IMG/VR virus record: IMGVR_UViG_3300027813_001276
Span: 1-44,115 of that record
Direction: 5' to 3' (one strand)
Source of the DNA: a virus
Taxonomy: Duplodnaviria > Caudoviricetes
DNA: 44,115 nucleotides
Shown here one piece after another: positions 38,567 through 44,115 of this stretch. Below the pieces are notes generated by a model. The model had not been told where the DNA came from, did no database searches, and was given only the letters and a program-made list of their open reading frames with translations. How positions within the stretch are numbered: the stretch's first letter is position 1; each line of letters opens with the position of its first letter. Both the position numbers and the translations under genes were made by a program.

Positions 38567-38642
38567 TGGTGGAGCTGATAGGGTTCGAACCTACGACATC
38601 CACGTTGCAAACGTGGCGCTCTCCCAACTGAGCTACAGCCCC
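38567..38642 (-). tRNA. tRNA-Ala(TGC)
   Basis: GGGGCTGTAGCTCAGTTGGGAGAGCGCCACGTTTGCAACGTGGATGTCGTAGGTTCGAACCCTATCAGCTCCACCA: 76-nt cloverleaf, G3-U70 pair, encoded CCA. Confidence 0.97.
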
Positions 38643-38657
38643 CAAATCTTAAATACT

Positions 38658-38903
38658 TTACTTAATATTTCTATTTAAGTATGCTTTCATGTTGTTGCCA
38701 ACTCTCTCTGAGTTTGCTCTTACATTATTGCCTATCTCTTCTGCATTCTTTCGAATGTTTGCACTAATTTGCTGTGCATTCTTTTGAATGTTTGCACTAA
38801 TTTCTTGTGCGTTTCTCATTACGTTGTCGCCAACATCTTGAAAAGCCCAATCATTTTTGGTTGCTTTAGATACTTTTGTTGCTTTTGCTTTTGCTTTTAC
38901 CAT
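38658..38903 (-). CDS. Small basic protein with 11-residue repeats
   Basis: Likely start MVKAK at 38903; repeats NVMRNAQEISA/NIQKNAQQISA/NIRKNAEEIGN/NVRANSERVGN. Confidence 0.75.
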   Translation of the reverse strand: MVKAKAKATKVSKATKNDWAFQDVGDNVMRNAQEISANIQKNAQQISANIRKNAEEIGNNVRANSERVGNNMKAYLNRNIK

Positions 38904-39065
38904 GTCTATCTCTCTGTGTGTGTACACACTATTGCCTAGTATTGTTATACTCGGTAGCACATATTTACCAGGAATAATTAACAATAGTTTTAATTACTGG
39001 CGTAAAGGAGAGATAGGCATTCACGTCTTTTGTCAAGAACTTTAGAAAGTGATAAATACTACATT

Positions 39066-40094
39066 ATGCCAAGAATACAACTGTGGAACAAGAACAAAAC
39101 TAACGACTACGGCTTCATAGACAGAGCTGTGGCAGAAGTTATCAATGCAGGCGGAACAGGAGTTTATGTACACAAATACATAGGCACATACACTGATGAC
39201 GCAACTGCAAGTACGGGCTCGGGCGATTTATACATCCAAGATGTTTTATTTTTAGAAAACCGAGATAGAAAATACGATACAGACATTTATGAATTACGTG
39301 GTGCTTACAATGTAAGTGAACCAGACTTTGATTTAACACAGTTTGGTATGTTTATGTCTAACGACAATTTGTCAATGACATTTCATATGAATACATGTGC
39401 AAGTTTGCTTGGTAGAAGATTAATGCCAGGCGATGTTGTTGAACTACCACATTTAAGAGATGATTTACTTTTAGGTGGCGGTGAAGCAATTAATAGATAC
39501 TTTGTTGTAAGTGATTCAGGCAGACCGGCAGAAGGATATGATCCTAGATGGTGGCCTCACTTGTGGAAAGTTAAATTAACTAATATCACAGACAGTCCAG
39601 AATACAGAGATATTCTTGGTACTGGTGAAACTGCTACAGACTTAAGAAACATTTTAAGTACTTACAGTAGTGAAATTACAATTAGTGATAAGGTAATGGA
39701 ACTTGCTACAACAGATGTTAAACATGATACAGGCTATTACGAAGGTGGACATTTATATGTTGACGAAGAAAGTGATAAGCCAGGTATATACTTCCCAGGC
39801 GATGGAACTGCTCCTAATGGTATAAGTATAGTAGGCAGTGGAAGTTCATTCCCAATAAGTTGTGTTAACGGAGATTATTTCTTGAGAACAGATTTTGAAC
39901 CTCACAGATTATTTAAAAAACAAGGTAGTAGATGGAGTAAAATTAGTGACGACAACAAGAAGGCTTGGAGTGCCGCTAATAAACTACTTACATCATTCGT
40001 TAATAACGACACCATAACTACCAATACAGATGGTACAACGCAAAATGAGAAAACTAATCTCAGTAAAGCAGTTAAACCAAAGGCAGATAATTAA
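39066..40094 (+). CDS. Neck/head-closure protein (gp14-like)
   Basis: ATG 39066 after GATAAATA; LTQFG...PGDVVELP pattern; coupled to the gp15-like gene. Confidence 0.65.
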   Translation: MPRIQLWNKNKTNDYGFIDRAVAEVINAGGTGVYVHKYIGTYTDDATASTGSGDLYIQDVLFLENRDRKYDTDIYELRGAYNVSEPDFDLTQFGMFMSNDNLSMTFHMNTCASLLGRRLMPGDVVELPHLRDDLLLGGGEAINRYFVVSDSGRPAEGYDPRWWPHLWKVKLTNITDSPEYRDILGTGETATDLRNILSTYSSEITISDKVMELATTDVKHDTGYYEGGHLYVDEESDKPGIYFPGDGTAPNGISIVGSGSSFPISCVNGDYFLRTDFEPHRLFKKQGSRWSKISDDNKKAWSAANKLLTSFVNNDTITTNTDGTTQNEKTNLSKAVKPKADN

Positions 40095-41539
40095 TGGCTA
40101 ATTTGGATTACTGGTATGACGCACAACTAAGACGATACTTGACACAGTTCATGAGAATCTTTGGCGACTTTAAAGTAGCAGAAGGTAAGAGAGATAGCTC
40201 AACATTCTATAACAAGGTGCCTGTAAGATATGCAGACATGAGTAGAATGGTTGCACACATATTAAGAAAGGGTAGTGAGAACATGGTTAATGCTACTCCT
40301 TTTATTGCATGTAGTATTAATAGTTTATTAATTGCTAGAGATAGGGCACAAGATCCTATGCTAGTCAGTAAAGTACAAGTTGCAGAAAGACAATACGATA
40401 GTGGTTCTAGTGAATATGAAACAGGAAGTGGCGGTCAAAGTTTTCCAGGAAACTTATACAGCACAGATAGATACATGCCTGTGCCATATAACTTAACAAT
40501 GCAAGTAGATATTTGGAGTGGTAACACAGACCAAAAACTACAAATAATGGAACAAATATTAGTATTGTTTAATCCTAGCATACAGTTACAAAGTAGCACT
40601 AATCCATTAGACTGGACTAGTATTTTTGAAGTAGAACTAACAGACATAAATTGGTCAAACAGAAGTGTACCAGCCGGCGTAGATGAAACCATAGACGTTG
40701 CCACCCTAACATTTACTTTACCAATATGGATCAGTCCTCCGGCGAAAGTTAAGAGACAAAAAATTATTAACACAATTATCACCAACATATATGATACTTC
40801 AAGTGTGTCTGATATGGGGTATGATGAAGATATATACGATTTCTTTAGGACATTAGAAAGTGATTTTGAATTACATACTGTTAGTCCTAACAATTACTTC
40901 TTACAAATTGCCGGTACAGAAGCAACATTATTTAAAACAGGACCTACAGAAGGTACTAGTTACGATGACGGAACAACTACTAAAGCAAATTGGAACGATT
41001 TATTAGAGTCGATATCACAGCAAGGTGCATCCGGAACATTAAGTAATGCATCAGTTACAATGAGCGACATACCATTAACAACTGGTAGTACACTACAACT
41101 TAATTTATCAAACGACATAGATTCAGTTACAAGTTTAGTAAGTGGATTTGTTGCTAGGAATAGCATAGATCCTGCTAAGTTAGTATTTACTGTAGACAAT
41201 GATACACTACCAACTGCAACACTTTCTAACATTACTAAAATTATTGACCCTACAGCAAGTTACCCAGGAGACGGTACGTTAGATGCCGCTACCAATGGGC
41301 AAAGATATTTACTTACAGCAGAAATATCAGGCAGTCAGTGGGGTATATCTGCAGACGTAAACGACATAGTAGAGTACAACGGAAGTGCATGGACTGTAGT
41401 ATTTAATGCTTCTGCTGTTACAGACTTACATTACGTTACAAACACATACACAGGAAAACAATACAAATGGCAAAGCGAAACGTGGACAAGCACTTACGAA
41501 GGGACGTACAATCCGGGGTTCTGGAAAATAAACATCTAG
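40094..41539 (+). CDS. Tail terminator/sheath stabiliser (gp15-like) with C-terminal extension
   Basis: KVPVRYA, MPVPYNL...QIMEQILVLFNP, LTF...PP. Confidence 0.82.
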   Translation: MANLDYWYDAQLRRYLTQFMRIFGDFKVAEGKRDSSTFYNKVPVRYADMSRMVAHILRKGSENMVNATPFIACSINSLLIARDRAQDPMLVSKVQVAERQYDSGSSEYETGSGGQSFPGNLYSTDRYMPVPYNLTMQVDIWSGNTDQKLQIMEQILVLFNPSIQLQSSTNPLDWTSIFEVELTDINWSNRSVPAGVDETIDVATLTFTLPIWISPPAKVKRQKIINTIITNIYDTSSVSDMGYDEDIYDFFRTLESDFELHTVSPNNYFLQIAGTEATLFKTGPTEGTSYDDGTTTKANWNDLLESISQQGASGTLSNASVTMSDIPLTTGSTLQLNLSNDIDSVTSLVSGFVARNSIDPAKLVFTVDNDTLPTATLSNITKIIDPTASYPGDGTLDAATNGQRYLLTAEISGSQWGISADVNDIVEYNGSAWTVVFNASAVTDLHYVTNTYTGKQYKWQSETWTSTYEGTYNPGFWKINI

Positions 41540-42018
41540 AGCCAGTAAGTATTATAGAACGGTTAAATCCTTTAACCAATTTTAATAAGCACAAAGGTAT
41601 TAGTGCCGCGGGTGTATTATTCTTAGCAAAAGACACAGGCAGATGTTTATTCCAATTAAGAAATTCAGACAAACGAATGAAACACACTTGGGGATTTTGG
41701 GGAGGCATCATAGAGCATGGTGAGTCGCCATATGAATGCATTCAACGTGAGCTTGAAGAAGAAATAGGCTTTGTTCCTGAACTTAAAAAATTAAATCCAA
41801 TTGATACATATCAAAGTAAAAATAAACATTTTATGTATTACAGTTTTTGTGCTGTAGTAGATAGTGAATTTTTGCCAACACTTAATAAAGAGAGTTGTGG
41901 GTATGCTTGGGTAGATATAGGGCAATGGCCCAAGCCACTTCATGATGGTGCAAGAAGCACACTAGGACGTAATAAAGGTGCTGGTAAACTACACACTATA
42001 CTTAAAATCAATATGTGA
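41467..42018 (+). CDS. NUDIX hydrolase
   Basis: Nudix box GGIIEHGESPYECIQRELEEEIG; true start uncertain. Confidence 0.9.
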   Translation: MAKRNVDKHLRRDVQSGVLENKHLEPVSIIERLNPLTNFNKHKGISAAGVLFLAKDTGRCLFQLRNSDKRMKHTWGFWGGIIEHGESPYECIQRELEEEIGFVPELKKLNPIDTYQSKNKHFMYYSFCAVVDSEFLPTLNKESCGYAWVDIGQWPKPLHDGARSTLGRNKGAGKLHTILKINM

Positions 42019-42029
42019 TAAGTAATAGC

Positions 42030-42656
42030 ATGTCAAAAGATATTATAAATTTTGATGCTATAAAACTTACTACAGAACTTACAAAATATAATCGACACAA
42101 GGCAATCCCAAACACATTCTTCGATGGGACATTCACTATACTAGACGTAAGAGAATTGTATGATGACTTGTCGCCTAAGGTGCAAGAGTATGCCGACGCT
42201 TTAATAGAACATTACAATGTAGATGTAAAAGACAGCGAAGAAGGATTATATAAAAGTTTTTTAAACGAGTATAAAGCATTTATACGAAATCAACACACTC
42301 GTCATGACAAGTGGAACTACCGACCTATAATGAAAAAGTATAGGAGTAACATCAATCCAGTACGAGCAATAACGTATGACGTTAGGGAAATGGCTTACAG
42401 TTATAATAACAATGATGACCATCATGTTTGGTTAAGTCAACTTATCATAGAGCCTAACTTTTATCATAGAGTTATACAAGACATAATTAAAGATAGACAA
42501 AAAGTAGATAAAATTTTGAACTATTACATACCTATATACCATGTTGCAAAGTTTACTGCTCCGATAGAGTTAAAACACTTGCAGACATTGAGATTAGATT
42601 TGCTGGAATATGCTAAGTTGTTTACTGAATTTAGACACTACGATCCCGACGAATAA
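42030..42656 (+). CDS. Hypothetical protein
   Basis: ATG 42030 lies 5 nt after ATAAGTA. Confidence 0.75.
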   Translation: MSKDIINFDAIKLTTELTKYNRHKAIPNTFFDGTFTILDVRELYDDLSPKVQEYADALIEHYNVDVKDSEEGLYKSFLNEYKAFIRNQHTRHDKWNYRPIMKKYRSNINPVRAITYDVREMAYSYNNNDDHHVWLSQLIIEPNFYHRVIQDIIKDRQKVDKILNYYIPIYHVAKFTAPIELKHLQTLRLDLLEYAKLFTEFRHYDPDE

Positions 42657-44115
42657 TTATTTGTAAAGTTTTCTTACTTCACCATTAATTATCGGAGCAT
42701 AAATTTTAACAGGCTCCTCTTTACCTTTAACAGTAACTTCGCCCAATTTAGAACATGGAATGTTTGTAGTCTGCTGATATGTGTACTCACTTATTAAAAT
42801 AGGAGTATCTTGCTTCCTAGTTTCTGCTTCTAGTCTTGCACCTAAGTTTACAGCATCGCCTACAACACTATAATCTAATCTAGTTTCAGCACCCATGTTA
42901 CCCACAATACATGTGCCTGTGTTTACACCAGTACCAAATTTAACTCTAGGCAAGCCACGTTCTTCCATTTCTGCTTCTAGTTCATCGCCAAGTAGTTCAA
43001 TTTCTATTGCTGTTTTAACTGCCATCTCGGCATGATTATCACAAGGTAGTGGAGCATTCCAGAATGCCATTACACAGTCTCCCATGAACTTATCTATCGT
43101 TCCACCGTTGGCTAATACTATATTTGTCATCTTATCCAGGAAGGTATTGATAAGTTCCACTAATCCCTCAGGGTCATCGTTCTTCATATACTGTTCTGAT
43201 ATAGGAGTAAAGCCGACTATGTCAGCAAATAAGAAACTCATTTCTTTTCTTTCACCGCCCAACTTCATTAAACTAGGATCTTTAACTAGCATATCTACAT
43301 ACTCTGGACTTATGTATGTACCGAATTGTGCTTTTATTTGTTGTCTCAACTTGTATTGTTTGTAAAAATTGTTAAATGTTGCTTGGGTAAACACTAAAAA
43401 TGTTGCAAGTAGTGGGAATGTTGCATCAAATAATAGCAGTTTTGACTGGTACATTAGTACACTAAACCATCCCAATCCACCCATGATACTAAGGGAAATT
43501 GGTATAGTTAACCATATAGGTGTTCTATACACACAGAAAGCAATAAGAATCATACCCAGTAACGCACATAGAAGCTCATACACGGTACTAAGTTGGCTAC
43601 GCTGTATATTTGTACCATTAATTATATTCTGTAGCATATGAGCATGTATTTGCTGTGAATACAAGTTGCCACGTGGGGTTGGAACAGGATTAGCAATGCC
43701 TTCTGCTGTTACACCTATTATAACATATTTGCTACCTAGGTCAGGCAAACTATCTGCATTTGTGTATTCAACTTCTTGAAAGGTGTTGTTGAACCTAATA
43801 TATGCTGTTCCATCCGGTTGTGTTACAACTGGGTCATAAGGTGGAACAGCAATTTCGCTAACACCTATTTCAGATGTTTTAATTATATAACTTGGTTTAC
43901 CTGAATTAACTCTTAATAGCTCAATAGCAAAACTAGGATATAATTTTCCTTCAACGCCTATTGTTAGTGGGTAAGTTCTTGTTTGATTGTCTGGTTGTGG
44001 TGCTGAAGCATTAACTCCAATACCAAACGCCATAGTCTCTAGTTGGCTTATGTTCGTTACTAGGTTGGGCCATGTTAGTACAAAGTCCTGTGCGGGTAAA
44101 GGGCCTATCGTTCCT
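42657..44115 (-). CDS. Class III adenylate cyclase with CHASE2-like sensor and transmembrane helices (5' end outside window)
   Basis: Frame stays open to the window edge; hydrophobic helices; FADIVGFT, DKFMGDCVMAFW, GNMG, DYSVVGDAVNLGARLE. Confidence 0.92.
   Translation of the reverse strand, partial: GTIGPLPAQDFVLTWPNLVTNISQLETMAFGIGVNASAPQPDNQTRTYPLTIGVEGKLYPSFAIELLRVNSGKPSYIIKTSEIGVSEIAVPPYDPVVTQPDGTAYIRFNNTFQEVEYTNADSLPDLGSKYVIIGVTAEGIANPVPTPRGNLYSQQIHAHMLQNIINGTNIQRSQLSTVYELLCALLGMILIAFCVYRTPIWLTIPISLSIMGGLGWFSVLMYQSKLLLFDATFPLLATFLVFTQATFNNFYKQYKLRQQIKAQFGTYISPEYVDMLVKDPSLMKLGGERKEMSFLFADIVGFTPISEQYMKNDDPEGLVELINTFLDKMTNIVLANGGTIDKFMGDCVMAFWNAPLPCDNHAEMAVKTAIEIELLGDELEAEMEERGLPRVKFGTGVNTGTCIVGNMGAETRLDYSVVGDAVNLGARLEAETRKQDTPILISEYTYQQTTNIPCSKLGEVTVKGKEEPVKIYAPIINGEVRKLYK

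Noticed and set aside
39008-39036. TTGACA on the minus strand as a promoter
   Set aside because: No acceptable -10 box at 16-18 nt spacing
17-39045. Numerous plus-strand ORFs of 60-170 aa in the track
   Set aside because: They are antisense shadows of well-supported minus-strand genes, without SDs or recognisable motifs
1-44115. CRISPR array, introns/inteins, integrase/transposase, stop-codon reassignment
   Set aside because: No spaced repeat array seen; terminase, UvsX and helicase are uninterrupted and of normal size; genes tile densely under the standard code; the TnsA-like ORF is better explained as gp4

Overview
AT-rich segment of a large T4-like (jumbo-type) myophage genome, probably infecting a Gram-negative host (inferred from a TonB-dependent receptor and a SutA-like ORF). 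Almost all genes are on the minus strand. Left: nucleotide, one-carbon and salvage genes (glyA truncated at the window edge, thyX, mtnN-like nucleosidase, apt), UvsW helicase, a TonB-dependent receptor, an AAA ATPase, a DnaQ-like exonuclease, and uvsY/uvsX/gp32. Middle and right: morphogenesis genes (large terminase, gp4, two gp19-family genes, gp18 sheath, gp13, gp14, gp15). These are interleaved with an unusually rich set of tailoring enzymes: three radical SAM proteins (two of B12-binding type), five 2OG-Fe(II)-type oxygenases (four in a tandem array), FabZ and ferredoxin-NADP reductase. Also present are tRNA-Ala(TGC), a NUDIX hydrolase and a truncated CHASE2-type adenylate cyclase. Top observations: (1) an apparently self-supporting, late-expressed radical-SAM/oxygenase modification system; (2) a pseudoknotted RNA in the AAA gene 3' UTR that displays a 9-nt sequence complementary to that gene's own ribosome-binding site; (3) late-promoter boxes 5-7 nt before ATG, implying leaderless mRNAs; (4) a SutA-like small ORF missed by the ORF track. 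All protein calls come from motif recognition by eye; no searches were run.
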